A program made the position numbers and the translations under genes. From contig NC_134028.1 in assembly GCF_964204645.1 (NCBI RefSeq), positions 22,192,345-22,256,344 on the forward strand: a stretch of 64,000 bases of DNA, given 5' to 3'. This DNA is from Tubulanus polymorphus. Lineage: Eukaryota; Animalia; Nemertea. Numbering within the stretch: the first letter of the stretch is position 1; each line of letters starts with the position of its first letter. The notes beneath the pieces were generated by a model. That model searched no databases and was not told where the DNA came from. It worked only from the letters and a program-made list of their open reading frames with translations. Shown piece by piece: positions 35,239 to 50,200 of the stretch.

Positions 35239-38200
35239 ATGATGCAGCTCTCCGATTCAGATGAAGATGAGCAAATTCCTGATCTGATTCTTGTAAATGA
35301 TTCATCTGTCACTCATCACCAGAATCAACAGCAGCAGCAGAATTTCGACGGCGGCGATGTCTTGATCGATAATCTCAAAAAAGTACCCGTCACTATCATT
35401 ACAGGATATCTAGGTTCGCCTACCATCATAATTTCCAAATACAAACCGGCTGGGTAAAAGTGCAGATCCGCACCTCTCCGCGCAAACGGTTCAATCAATT
35501 ACGTTAAATATCATTGTTTCAGATTCAAAATGTCATCTGCAATTCAGTACATAGCCATTGGTTAATTTTAAGATATCTTCACTAGAGAGTAGAAAGATTT
35601 TAGCCAGGATTCTGTCATTCAGCAGATTGCATCAATCACGAGAGGTGCGGATCTGCACTTTTACCACTGATTGTGGTTACGAGGGAATCTGCATAATATC
35701 TACATACGCGCATGCGTGAAACAGTAGGGTTCTGGGTAAGGTGAGGCTATAGGCCTATATAAATTTGTGATAGATGAACTCATCCAGCCCCCAGCATCCA
35801 GCCGTGTGCTGTGGCTCAGTGGATAAAGCCCTCTACTATTTTTTTGTTTGGTTTCAGATCCCAATATTGTAACTCGGGATTCTACTGTATTGCGCATGCA
35901 CTAACCGCACTCCGTAACTGCAGCTATTGCACTCCGTTTAGGGACTCTGTTAAAACTGGAGCCACATTGTTTTAGATATTGTGCAGTTTAGGTTTCTTAA
36001 GGTTATTATGTCTCCCTCTTACAAATTCAAACACTACTGGCGCTTCAGAATACCTTGTCTGAATACCAGTCGTTGTTACGGGTTCCATTCAACTGGGAAC
36101 GACGACTAGGTACTAGACTACTAAATACCAGATGTTGTAACAGTCGCATAACAACTGAGCAACAACCGCTAGTTACTAGACTATCCCCCAGAGGTCATAC
36201 GGCACCTAATACTAACTGTCCTCTCACAAATGGCCTTAACTGCAATCTTGAGAGTGATTTCGGTTTAAGCGTCCCTAATGGTTATGTTTCTAACCTAAAG
36301 CGCCACGTTATGGGTGGAAAGGTGGCCTAAGCTGCAGCTAGAAAATATTAGACCCCACAAACCTTGGACCAGTAATTTACCTAATCATCGGTGGTAAGCT
36401 TTTATAATTGGATAGGCTTAATGAAAATCATCCGATCGTGAAACTAAACCACAGACAGGTTACTGACTAACCTTGGACATGCTGAATTGATGCCTGCCCT
36501 GAGTGGCTGGTGCTCAGCGGGTTCAGGGATGAAAATTAGATAATTGAACTCTGCTATATTTTAGGAGCTGGTAAGACGACGCTTTTGAATTATATTTTGA
36601 CGGAACAGCATGGCAAAAAGATTGCCGTGATTTTAAACGAATTTGGAGAAGGTACGTAATCTGATCAGATGGCTCGAGTCTGTATGATAGAGCCCTGCTG
36701 GTTCTGTCTGTGGTTCCTAGGTCAGTCGTAATGATGTAAGTAAATTATATAGGCCTATGTTTTTCCATCTTCACCCGTCAATGGATTCGAACCCATTACG
36801 CTAAAGCTGTTCGCCAAACCCCTTGACCTCACGAGTCGTTGGAGTCGTTACTAGCCGACCAGAATCCGGTCACACCAATCACAGCGCTTGTAACAAACGA
36901 CTTTAGGCTTCTATTGGTTTTCCCGTTAAATGGACCAATCAGCGAAACGTTTTACCGAACAAGGAAGTATTTCGCAAATCGATATATGACGTCATGCGCA
37001 ACAGCGCCAATAATGAAATCACGCTTCGTGAGGCCAGGGGGCTGGTGGAAGCGAGTTCGGGAGTGATACCGGACCCCTGGCAAGCGAGGATGGTGTTTTT
37101 CTCTAGCAAAGCTGAATTGTGAAAATATCTTTCTACTTGAACCGACTTTTGTCTGAGCCACTGGCCCTTTAGGTTCTAGGTACATATGCCTACAATCTCG
37201 AACTGGTTTTTTGCAGGTGATGCGATGGAAAAGTCAATGTCTATCGGAGAAGAAGGAGAATTATACGAAGAATGGCTTGAACTTCGAAATGGCTGCCTTT
37301 GCTGTTCTGTTAAGTATGTATGTACACGGAACTCAATGAGGCAATCCACTGTTCAGGTCCCAGTCCCGCTGTAGTGAGTTGAGTGAAAATCAGTTCAATT
37401 GGGGGTCATTCATTTATTACGTACGCATTAGGGGAGGGGGAGGGGTCAGTGCAATTGTGTACTGTAATGCTTAATGTATATGAAAAAATGGCCGATTTTG
37501 TGCACAGAGGGGGAGGGGGGTTGAAAAATCCAAATTTTATGCGTACCGTAATAAGGAATGATCCCTTAGTTAACTTTGAGTCAGATCTTAACTCACAACT
37601 GTCGAACTGGGTCCAGGAGTTAGATCTGAGTAAACTCAAGTCAGAATTGTCGAACCAGCTCCAGTTTAGCTATTTTGAAAATGCTTAGTGAAAATGCTTC
37701 CTTATGGGTCCTAATTTTGCTGGAAAGTACTTCTTTTTCATTCAGGGAGTCCTTCCTTTTGGGTCTAAAATTGCTGAAAAAGTCCTTCTTAGTACTTCTT
37801 TTTGTCCTGGCCTTACCACTGAAAACCCTATTTTCGATATTCTCTAATTCAATTTTCAGGGATAATGGAGTAAAAGCAATCGAAAACCTGATGTTGAAAA
37901 GAGGACGGTTTGATTACATACTGTTAGAAACGACGGGATTAGCCGATCCAGGTTGGTGTCAATTCAAGAACGAGTTCACTTATCGTGAATATATATAAGA
38001 TTGCGCTTGCCTCTGTTTATCGCGCGCCCGTCAGACACAATGTTTTCAATTTTCCTGACTCCAATTCATGCGATGACAACCTATTGTCGCTCCAACTGCC
38101 CTGGAATTAATTTTCCGCTGGCAAAATTGATTGGACATTGAGCAAAACCCACTGTTGGTGATTTAATACATCTAGTTAATTCTAGTTAATAAAATTTGAC

Positions 38201-41200
38201 TAAACTTCATCATCAGAAAAACAAAAGTAACTTACCCTGAGACAAACTGAATATTAATTTTGCGTTCTTGAAATAATTTTAGTTCTCTTAGAGACGGAAT
38301 CAAGGCTTTTGGAAAGTACTCGATCTGTAATGATTTCTTTAGTTCGTACATTCATCTACCCTGGTAGACACAATCAGAGCTAAAAATCTTGACTACGCTC
38401 ATCCGACTGAAGCCATCCTCCCCTGCCAGGGATTCAAACCTGATGGCATCGTGGAACGAAACCCTGCCACACTAGTTTGAGTGCACAGTACACGCGGCTT
38501 AGATGATGTCCATTATTAGCCAATCGGATATCGCGTTTTACTTCAGCCCGGGTTGTTTTTCCATTTGTAGTTTTTCCGTCTAATTTGCCTCAGCGATTAT
38601 ACACTGGGCATTCTGATAGGTGCCTGCGCATGTACCTGCTCACCTGGTCTAGTGTGGCAGGTTGTGTGCTGTGACTGAGTCTAGTGATGCCACCAGGTTC
38701 GAATCCCTGCCGAGGGAAGATGGCTGAAGCGGAGTTTACTGTTGTAGTATTACGGGCTGTCAACCTGTGTTAACCCTTTCAGTGCGTCTACACCGCACTG
38801 CGGTGTATTGATGTAATTAGTAATTACTAATTATCTCTCTTGAAAGATGGCAGCACCTGTCAAACATAGTGAAATATTAGTAACTAACGATACACCGCGG
38901 CGCGGTGTAGACGCACTACAGTGGTATTCCCATTATTCAACACACTAGGGTGGAATTTTTCAGAATTTTCAAATTATCTTCAGCACTATGGGGTATTAAT
39001 TAGCCAGCACTGAAAGGGTTAACCTATGTCACGATAAAATTGCATTTTGTCCTTTCAACAGGGCCTATTGCAAGTATTTTCTGGATTGACGATGAACTTT
39101 GCAGCGATGTTTTTCTCGATGGTAAGTCGCAATTGATAAGGTATTGACACACACCACCAGATGGTGTTACCAGTTCATCTTTATCAGTTCATTATTCAAC
39201 TTAATACTTTCATTTAATCTCTCCAAAATCAAAGTATCATCAAAAGAGACTTGATAAACATACAAGATCAGGCAAAAGATATGATACCTTGCTTCTCATA
39301 ATTTGCCGAGTCACTTTTGTAAACTGTGATGAAATTTCAGTTCATTGCTATAATTGCTGGGTCTGTTAATGTTAGCTTGATCCCGATTTGAAAAAAAGGG
39401 TTATGTACAGGGTAGATACGCGGCTGGCCGAGTCAACTTTAAAGCCAGGCACAAATGAGAAACAAGGTATCAATATTTCTTTACTTTTCGTCTCGGTGTT
39501 TGGTACGAGAAGACCGATTAACTACTAGCGCCAGCTGATGAATCCTCGCTTGCCACAGTAACACTGCCTGATCGTCCTTTTAATGCATCATTGAAGCGTC
39601 TGTTTTGATTTCCGATTTGTTTTATTTTAGGTATTGTGACTGTTGTTGATGCTAAATACTGTCTCCAGGTATGATCTTATAGCTCTGATAAAAATCACGG
39701 CATTTTACAATAATGCCAATGAGACATTTACTGTACATAGCAATCCAAGAAAAGATACACCAATGATATTAGGGTTAAGAGCATACATAGCAGGCCAAAG
39801 AGTTAAAAAGACTCTACAAATAATTCTTTCTATGAAGTTAAGTTTTAAGATTACTTTTAAAACATTCCTCCATGTGACTCTCCCTGATACTTTTGGGAAG
39901 CTCTTTCCACAATGCTGGAGCTTCTAAATTACGCGCTTTATTTCCAACCGCGGGATCCAGTGCTGTAGTTCTCGGTTTAGTTATAAGATTACAGTAGACC
40001 GTAGGAAAATTAGATTTTGCCTCAGTAGGCAAAAAATTCAAATATTTTACCCACGCAGCCAATCGTCGCTGCGTTTTACATTAAGTGTCAAGCCGGTGTC
40101 TGTGTAGCTAAACTTCCAGTAACTTAATCATAACGAATATTAATCAATTATTTTTTGCTTGTTTTGCAGCATCTAGCTGAGCAGCGACAATCTGAAACCG
40201 ACATCAACGAATGCATAAGGTTTGACAATTTTCTCTAGGCACATTTCATACTTATATTACGCATCATAATTTGCATTGATTATGAAAAGAATATGATATT
40301 TCACCGGTCTCCGCCCGTCAATTGTTGGTTCACATGTTTATGTGAATCCTGGTGGTAGTTTCTTATGTGGCCTGAAAAAACTCTCAAACGAATTTTCTCT
40401 GGTCGCATTTCATATGTAATTAGCATCAAATCGAAAAAAGAAAATGTTTCACTGGTCTCTTTGTTAATGTTAGGGGCTTGATTTTCTCCCCTCAAGAAAA
40501 CTGTCAAACCTGCTCATAATACCGCGGTGCTCGATGGGTTAAGGGGAAAACAAAGATCAGAAACTGCTGATGATAATGGTCGACTTGATCGAAGAAGAAT
40601 TGATAAATTCAACATTTTGCGATCAATTTCAGACAGATTTCGTTGGCGGATGTATTGATATTGAACAAAATCGATCTAGTCAGTGATGAGGAACTCTTAA
40701 AACTACAATCGGAAATCAGGTGAGGAGATTCGCATCAGCGCTCACTAAAGAATCACTCTAAATCTATTGAATTCTAGATTCTCAATTTGTGTGATTATTT
40801 CGTATCATCGATTAGTAGAAATCAAATTTTTTGTTTGTTTTCATGAATTACGTATCATCTAAAGTATATTCTAACTTTAATTTCAGGGCGATAAACAGTT
40901 TTGCAAAACTGATCAAGACTGAAAGATCAAGGTATACAGTAGACCCCGATTAATCGGGATCAATCTAGATATTATTTACGGTCTCTACCAAAGACATATT
41001 TGAAAATTATTGTAATTAATTTAAAAAAAAAATGTTTTTATTTCTCGTCAGGGTCGACTTGTCAACAGTTCTCGATTTGGAAGCTTATACAGGAGGCGAA
41101 ACCAGGTAAAAACCCATTGAGCTGTTTAGAGAGTCCTTCCGTGGCATTGATTTCGAGCCCGATTGTATCACCCAGATTTAGTATACGGTTCTAGATGGTT

Positions 41201-44200
41201 TCGCCCTCTGGTCACTTTGTTTTACGTATTGACTTGGGCGCCGTCTGCTGGAAATTGAAAAGAAAAAAAAATTTTCTTGTAGCTTTGTCCATTGCAAAAA
41301 ATATATTTCTCATACTTCAATTATTAAAGCGATTCAGCTTCAGTCGAATTGGGACTGCACTTATCAGAAGTCGTGGTCATTGATCATCCTTTAAGGAAAA
41401 TTTGCATTAAAGTATGAAAGTAACAACCTGGATCGCACATGACCCTTGAACCTCTCACAAGTTCTTGCCTTCAAATCACACATTTTAAATCTTCTTTTCT
41501 AGCATCGAAAGAGCGAAAACAATCCAACAAAAAGCAAATAGCGATGAAACATCTCATATCGACAAGGTTAGTATATACAGTAGACTGTGCACTTGCCTCG
41601 AATCTTCAGTAGACTCCGCACTTGCTTAAAATCTACACTAGACTCCACACTTGCCTCAAATCTACAGTAGACTGTGCACTTGCCTCAAATATACAGAAGA
41701 CTGTGCACTTGCCTCGAATCTACTGTAGACTCCACACTTGCTTCAAATCTACAGTAAAACTGTGCACTTGCCTCAAATCACCAGTAGACTGTGCACTTGC
41801 CTCGAATCTTCAGTTGGCTCCGCAGTTGCCTCGAATCTACATAGACTGTGCCCTTGCCTCGAATCTACAGTAGACTCCACACTTGCCTCAAATCTACAGT
41901 AAAACTGTGCACTTGCCTCGAATCATCAGTAGACTGTGCACTTGCCTCGAATCTTCAGTTGGCTCCGCACTTGCCTCAAATCTACAGTAGATTCCGCACT
42001 TGCCTCGAATCTCGGGGGACTGATCAATACTCTCAGAGGTACATGAATTCTGGGGTAGTTGGAGCAGGTGTTGTTATCGCGATGAATTGGGAGTAAGATG
42101 ATCAGAAATCAATTGACAGGCGGACACGTGATAATCCCCGGGAGTCGACTGCGGTGTAAACACAGTCTACTGCATTTTTATCGACAGAAAAAACCTACCC
42201 CAGTCGCCAAAGTGTCTCACAAACGCTAAATAGCAGTACGATTACTGATTTAATGAATGCATGTTTAACATTGTTGACACTTCTCTCATAAAGTGACTTA
42301 CTGAAAATTATTGTTCTATGAACTCATTTTAAACTAACAAAATATTTCGAATGAAATTATGACACTCCGCCATACGATGTACATGTACAGTATTCGGGAT
42401 AGCACAACGTGTTCTGCACTATTCGTCAAAATGCGATCGAAAGTTTTTTCTAAAAAAATGTTTTTCTTCATCTATTATTCTAATGCTATAGGCTTACAAA
42501 AAATATAAGAACACGATCGATCTTTCATCTTCTTGGCGAAAAATGTATCAAGCATATTTATCGTGATCAATAGAAACTTGCCACATACAGTAGTAGTAAA
42601 TATCTTCAAATGAAATTTAATTTCTTTGAAAAAAAGGAATTTTTCTCTTTTTATTGCAATATTTTTGATTCAACTTTTTTCCCCAGGACGTAAAGTGCAA
42701 CATCGATCCAAAATTTTTTGTGGTATGTTTTTGTCGTTGAACAAATCGTATTAAGTACATTTTTTTGTGTCATTTTACCTGTCGAAAATATTCCTGGTAA
42801 ACAAGTATAACGAGATAGGTGGGGGCCAATCACATTTAGCTGCTCATTCACTGCCTGTATATGCACACACCTTACAAGTAGGTATATATCTAGAGTAAAA
42901 CAGGCCTCGACGTCTCTTTCTCTTTGAATGCGCGCAAATCGCATTAAAAATCACAGGACGAAATGAGCAGCTGAATTCGTTGTTCTTTTCGGTAATTCAC
43001 GAACAATGGACAATTGAATGTCGAAAACGTCGAAAAGAGCATCGTAAAAATGGTTCGGGTGGGATGGGTTTAGAGAGCGGCTCAACTTTTTATCGTTTCG
43101 AGTATCGCGCCCGTTTGGATGAAGCGTCCGTGTTTAGGTTAGAGAACTCTCTCGAACGCACTTCGTTCGGTTAAAGTGGCCGCCGGCTGCTGCGGACTTT
43201 TCAAATGTACGGCGACGAGTGAGCTAAAATGATGATTTTCTCAATCGGTCATTGAAATTTTTTTTTCTCTTTACCAAAAAATATAGCGTTATGTTGTAAT
43301 AAAAGATTCTCGTTTCGAGTGGACTGGCTGACCTCGCGGTTGAATTCGGCTGGCGTGCATTTTATCGATTATATTGCAATTGACGAAAGCAAACCGCCGA
43401 AGGTTAATGCCCGCCCTGCAAATTGGACGAATTATTCGGGAAAAAATGTTCAACCGATTCTCGGTTATTCAACTTCTGAACAATGAACCGCCTCTTACTC
43501 GTTAGGGTTGGAACCATTCATACGTCGCACACGTGCGATTGCTAAAATCAAATTCATCAACATACTTAGAAAGGCTTAACGCAGTCACTGGGCCCTTGTA
43601 CTGCCGTTTGAAGCGGCAGCGCATTTCTCTGCGCTTTTTGTTGTTACAGCAGTAGTTCCTATTTCTTTCGTAAGATGGAGCTAGGGGCGAAAGAGATTTT
43701 AAAGCGTCTTGCATTTTTTTTTTGCATTTGTCTCCTGAGTGGTCGGTCTCGGTATTTTTCTATAGTGTTTTATTTGAACGTATATTTCTATGCACGCAAT
43801 GTCCTAATTAGTTACTTGATTAGTTCTGTTTGTCCATTTAAACAATTGAATTTTTTATTATTTTACTGTGTTAAATCCGCAAATTCTGTGTTGTCCCTCT
43901 AATAACTGTAATGGGTTTGAATGTGAATAGGATACATTGATAAATATAGAAAAAACAAATTTCTGTGCCTAAATATAGGTCATTTTGCCACCCCTATCGA
44001 TAATGGTCCACAGAAAAAAAAACATAATCTCGCGTAGAAATAGATGCATTTGATCAGATAAAATGGATATTTCGAAGGTGGCATCACCCTCTGTAAAAAG
44101 ACCAGCTTGAACTTGTTTTTAACGCGTTGCAGTTCGCATTAATTTCATGAAATATTCACGTGTGGCTTTGACGCATTTGCGAACGTGTTGTCTTTTTGAA

Positions 44201-47200
44201 CGAATATTCCGCGCGGTGTCGAGCGTTTTGAAAATAATTATCGAATAGTGTTATTCGATTAGTTCGGTGATTGTTCATATCGTCTGCCGCCGTCAAAACG
44301 GTAAAACCGGCTTTTTGATGAAGAGCGCATTAAACATTTCATAATTCATGATCTTTGAAAAATTGTGTTTCATTCGACAGCGAATGGTTTGATGTCGAGA
44401 CAGTCGCTTTCTTTGGATTGCGTTCGTTGACCCGGTTTTTCGGGTTAAATTCGCAGCCCTTGAATTCGATTTCGCCGCAGTATTTGTCGGTAAACGCCGC
44501 AGATAGTTGAACTGTGTTGACTTGATTTTCTCGTTGTCACCGATGACGTTTTAAAGGGCTCCGCCGAGAGCAGTTGAGATATTTTATTATTTCGTCCCGA
44601 GTACCTTAGTCATTTTCATCGAATTAAATATAGAAAACGACTATAAACAATGAAAGCGCTTTTGTTTGGGCGATCGTTTATTATAGAAGACTTTGCGATT
44701 TGTAGAATTACGATTGCATTGTGTTAGGTACGTAGCCCATCAGCCGGGATCTCTCGTAAAAACGTACCGACTACATATATTTTCTTCATCAATTCCTGGC
44801 TATCGGTTACAAATTTCCTGGTGTCCTGAAGTTTTGTTACAAGGTTGTAGAACATTTGAGTAGTCATTCAAATGATTCATCACAAGACAAGTTATCGGTT
44901 ATAACTAACTGATTTTCTGGTGTCCTGAAGTTCGTTGTTTTTTTTTTAAGTAAAAATTAATTTTATTAAACAAGTCAATGGTATAAACAAAATAAATACA
45001 TATTGGAACATCGTTTATAAATATAAAATTTGTTACAATTTCTTGTGGAAATAAAATATTATTATTAAACATGCTAAGGTCCAGAGGACATAACAAGCAA
45101 TTACAATTATTATTGAAATGACAGTGACATTTGACGGTGATCAAAAATTAATAAATGCACATAAACTGATGATTACACTAAAGGATGATGATAATTATAG
45201 TAATGATAGTAGCAATGAGTTGTAACAATAAAAGTAGTAGTACTGATGAATAATAACATAAGATGATAATGAATAATAGTAGTTCGTTGAAGTTCGTTGT
45301 GACGAGGTTCCAATGTATATAGACATATCGGTTATAACGAACTGATTTTCTGGTACCCTGAAGTTCGTTGTAACGAGGTTAGTTATATGATAAGATAGTT
45401 AATTCACTCTAACCAAACCTCTTGGTTATACAAAGAGGATTTTGAAAAATAAAATCGTCATATAGAAGGAAAAATTGATACAAACTTTAACAATATTTAC
45501 AAATATTGCGGGTGTGATACAACCTTTAAAGGATAAATGATTAGCTTTTTGCGACCAGTTCCACTGTATATAAGCGACGTCTGGTGGAGATATGATAAAC
45601 CTCTCTCTTTCGATGTTGATGGGGCTCGCGGAATATTCTCGTATTTTTAAGCAGAGTTTTAATGGCGGTCTTCTACTCCAACCGTCTGCGGAGTAGTTTA
45701 AGTATAAATACATCGAAATCGCGATTACAATAGCATTTGCGCGTCGAAGTGCGTTTAAAATGTTACGACTTACGATGCCGGGTTCACGTCAGTCAGTCAT
45801 CGATTCGTGATTGAAGTAGCGCCGCCGAGCTCTAAACGCCGCCTGAACAGCTCAACTTCAACTCGACGAAAACAATGCCATTTCGACTGGATGCCATTAC
45901 AACATACGCGTCGACAATAGAAACGATTTTGATATCGGTAGCAGTTAGACATAATTATTTACACGCACGCGTTTCAACTTTTGACGACTGAAAGTCGGCG
46001 TTTCTGATCAGCCAGTTAGACTTTGCTGCTTCAAGGCCAGATTCCAGGAGTTCGATTGTCGTGCTCTGTATTATAGACATTGTTTCATATTGGACTTGCA
46101 GTCAGGAATTGCAGTCAACACTGTGACTTGCGCGCCCCTGACATCCGATATGACGCGCTGCGAGATGCAAAACGTCGGCACCGTATAACCGGTTACAAGA
46201 AATGACAGCGGCCAGTGTAAATATATTAGAAAAACGCATTTATATTTTATATCGTGTTTTCTTTTCGAAACAGGACCCGAAATACATTCAACATATAGAA
46301 ATTACAAGTGAATGTGTTGAATTGTAGAAATAACAATTTCCAGATGTTAGAATTTATAGAAATTACAAGTGGAATGTATTGAATTATAGATCTTCCAATT
46401 TGAAGATGTTAGAATTGATAGAAATTACAACTGAATGAGATGACTTATAGATCTTAGATTTTTAAGATGTTAGAATTTATAGACATTACAATTGTATAGG
46501 TGTTTTAGATATATAGAAATAAGAAGAAGCGGTTGAGTTACTAGAAATCAATCTGTTTATCAGTTTGTTGTATTTACGAGTATAATTATCTCTTGCCGGT
46601 AGAGTGAATTGGCCACCCTCCGATCTTGCGCGATGTCCAGCGGTTTTCGCGGGTTTTGTTTTCGCTTTATTTCGACCCCCGCCCGGCGGGTGTTGAGAGT
46701 GAGTGGTGCGGTCACTTACAGCCTGAAGCTGCACTGGCAGTATCCGGGCCACTTATCCATCCGCTCGATTCAATATAGAGAGATGTTTTCATTCTGCTGC
46801 TGATATCAATCCCGCGATTTCAAGTGTTTATTTGTCCGAATCGATGTTGATTTTACGAAATTTTCTGTTGTTATTTCGGCGCTTATTTTAAGCGCGGAGG
46901 TAGTCGTCGACCCAGCAACGTTTCATTAGTAGTAATTCCAGTCGCTGTGAATTAAACCTCCGAAAATCCCTTGTTGTTTTTTCGTTTCCTTTCCTTTGTT
47001 CGCCTTTTGTCGAATTTTACTTAGTCCACTTCGTTATAGATCCGGATTTTTACGAATGACCAGTGTTTTTTTTTGTTTGGTGACAATCAGAAATCGAGCT
47101 CGGTCTTTTCAAAAATCCATAGCCCATCAGACTTGGAAACGACAAGTAGAATGCTTCGGGCAACCAATCTTGAAATGGCCTCCAAAAATTCGAATTCATT

Positions 47201-50200
47201 TTATTCATCATAAATCAAAAGTAAACGATTGTGAATGAAAAAAAGGATTAACAATAAAACGATGAAGGAAATAGAGGAACAATATAAAATATCTAATATA
47301 TTCATACAATATTCTAATATATACATTTAATATTCTTTATGCAATATTTACAAGTCAACGATATATCAATTTGGCCGTATTCAAGAAAATTGATTTGTTA
47401 CGATCGACGAAGGCCGGATGAAGAGCATCTGGGTTCATAGATTTCCGATGTTATATTTAATTCTTATGTTATCTTTAAGTTTACAGTATAGGTAAAAATG
47501 AGTTTCGATAATATCTTTCCAATAACTTTACAGTGAGGGTGGATACAGGTTGATTGAGCGATGAAAGATTACGACGTGGCATTCGGAATTTCACCATTGC
47601 TGATTTCAATGAGTGGTGTCTTTTAGAAATGATAAATATGATTCGAGCTTGGGTTTAGATTTAACCGTTCTAATAATAGTTATAACGGCTGTGAATTGGA
47701 TCGTCGATGAAAAACCCCCGAATTGATTAGAATACAGTTCTAGTTGTTCTGGTTATATTTGGATTGCGCCCTAGATTTTCCCATACAGCTGGATAGGAGT
47801 GGTTTTGAGTACGTAAAGAACGGCCCACCATCCAAAATCTAACCTCTATCTCTGTAAAAACCTAACCCTGCTCGATTCGGGTGCGAACTAAAAACGTGCG
47901 AAAACGCCGAAATGATTGATCGGGACTTCAAGAATTTTAGTTGGAAACTTGTGTCAGGTTAATGCGGCAAGGATTTTATTTACAATAAATGTTTATCTTG
48001 GCCGGGCAAACTTCATCGGAGCTGCTCTACGAGCGCAGCCGGTAAAACCATCAACATGCCTCGCCTGTCAGTCTTCGCATCTGTTCTCGTCGTGCCAGTT
48101 ATTCGTAAACGATACAGTACGAAAACATACAAACGCCGCTTTAGGATGACAAACGTGCGATGGGGGTAAAGTAACCATAGATCGGATCAGACACATTTCG
48201 CGAGCACCCCGACCGAAGAGCGGCCCGTTAATCGAGGTCGGGATGTCTGCGGGAGGTTGACTGGAACAATCAGTTTTGATCAACTGGGCGTAAATTGCCA
48301 ATAAAGCAAAGTAAACTGAAAGATATCGTCAGAGATAACATAGTTGCTTTACCCCGCGGTGAAATATTTCACTTATAACCGCGCGCTCGCATTCCCCGCC
48401 GCAGTTTTGAAACGGTGTTGTTTTATGTCAAGTCGTGACGATTGACGAAACATATTCGAAGCAGTCGGTGTAGAAAAGCGTTCGGTTTAGAGTCGGTATT
48501 TGAAATCTAATCTTGGCTCGATCAGTTTTTAATTCGGCACAATTCCAGGGGATCGCAGTCCTGTAACCATTGTCGCAGTGGGAAGGAGGCGACTTAGTTT
48601 GGGGTACGCGTGGATCTAGCCTAGGATTCCGAGTACTGTTCAGCTGTGGAAGGGCGCCTATCGTCGGAAATTCTGAATCTTTATGGCTCTGAGATGCAGT
48701 CTGAGTACATATAGGGCATCAAATACATCCTTTAACCCACGTATTCACAGGATATATTATTCATAAAAGAAATAAAAAGTTTATCCATTTTCGATTATTC
48801 AAATTGGTCATTTTTAATTACTACTACCAGTGTTTGAAAATTAATAGAAGGGCACTTCTAGAAACGTGAGTACCGCTCCAGCGGTAGCACGGTAGGCTGG
48901 AACCGCCCCTGATTGTCAAATAGCCATCATCTCTTCAAGTTGTTGTGGGTTCAGACAGTGATATATATTTTATGATCTGTGCTTCGCTACGTTTTAAAAA
49001 CCTTTGGGCAGTTTTGGCTCAAAGGTTAGCTAAATTCTCTAGTAAAACAATGAACTTTTATTTTCACTTTGTCCGTGTCGAATCTTGGGTCATTTTCCTC
49101 AATACAGGATGCAACAAAATCAGTTTTCTCTGCTAGAGATGTCTGCGTTTTTTTCTACCGCATTATGATAATGACTGTAGCTATTGCGGCGGATTTGCTG
49201 AGCCGGTCCCTCGTTCTGAATGCACAGCTGTTGCTCCCCTGGAAGTTACTCTTTCCGCAGTAAATGAGTTGTGACAAATTGCTGTATGTTTGAACAAATT
49301 GGAACAGCGAGAACTAACACCTTCGAGAGATAATATATACAACGGGCTGTCAACTCGACTCAATCTACCGTAACTGATGGGTTTATCTAAAAAACAACCT
49401 TAGTCTAATATACCCAGAAACATTCATGCACACTCGTACTTATAAACTAGTAAATTATACGGATGTTTTATTTACGAATTGACTACAATAAGAGATTGAA
49501 GGAAATACGCAATTATTGAAAGATAAAAAGCTGGACAAACTGGTGACGTTGAAATATAGCTGTTAGTCCCTCTTTTATTGGGGTCCTTGGCGTCAATATG
49601 TTACCTAATAGGAATGCTGTTTGGGACGTGAATATCCAAGATGATTAACTGCCTGCGTAACCATTGCGGCATAAAGGAATTATCCTTCATATTTGGCTGG
49701 GAAAAACAAAACCTGGGTCCTTGAGCAAAACGGCTGCGCATCGAGTACAAATCTCGAGACAGATATCAGTGCCGAATAGGAAATAAACCCTTACTTATAA
49801 TATGGGGCGGGGGTGGGGTAGTTTGGCGCCCTGGACAAACAATCAAACAATTCCACGTGTTCAAGAAGCGCCTCGATAAGTCCGTGGACTCTATAACAAT
49901 TGAGAGTCCATGATAAGTCGAACCAGAATTCGCCACTTTTTGCAAATGGCTTAGTTTATCCAGATGTCGGTGTAATTAGTAATTTTTTACCAACTCGGAA
50001 GCAATCGTTCATTTACAATTTCCTAGTTTAATTAACAAAAACAAAAACGGTTCGGTTTTATTTTTTCTATCGTTGACGGCGGTGATGAGTGATAGGGGGT
50101 TGTGTACACGCGGGGTTGGAGCGGGAATCTATCTGCTGAAGATCAACCAGTCAATCAGTGTGCAAAAAACTATCAAATTGTTTATTTGTTTTCTCATGTT

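Noticed and set aside
41575-42011. CRISPR-like appearance of the 29-bp repeats
   Set aside because: Units are head-to-tail with no unique spacers, there are no cas genes, and the context is a eukaryotic intron.
47855-47875. Telomerase-template-like CCTAACCCT
   Set aside because: A single 9-mer is expected by chance, and no supporting RNA structure or promoter was seen.
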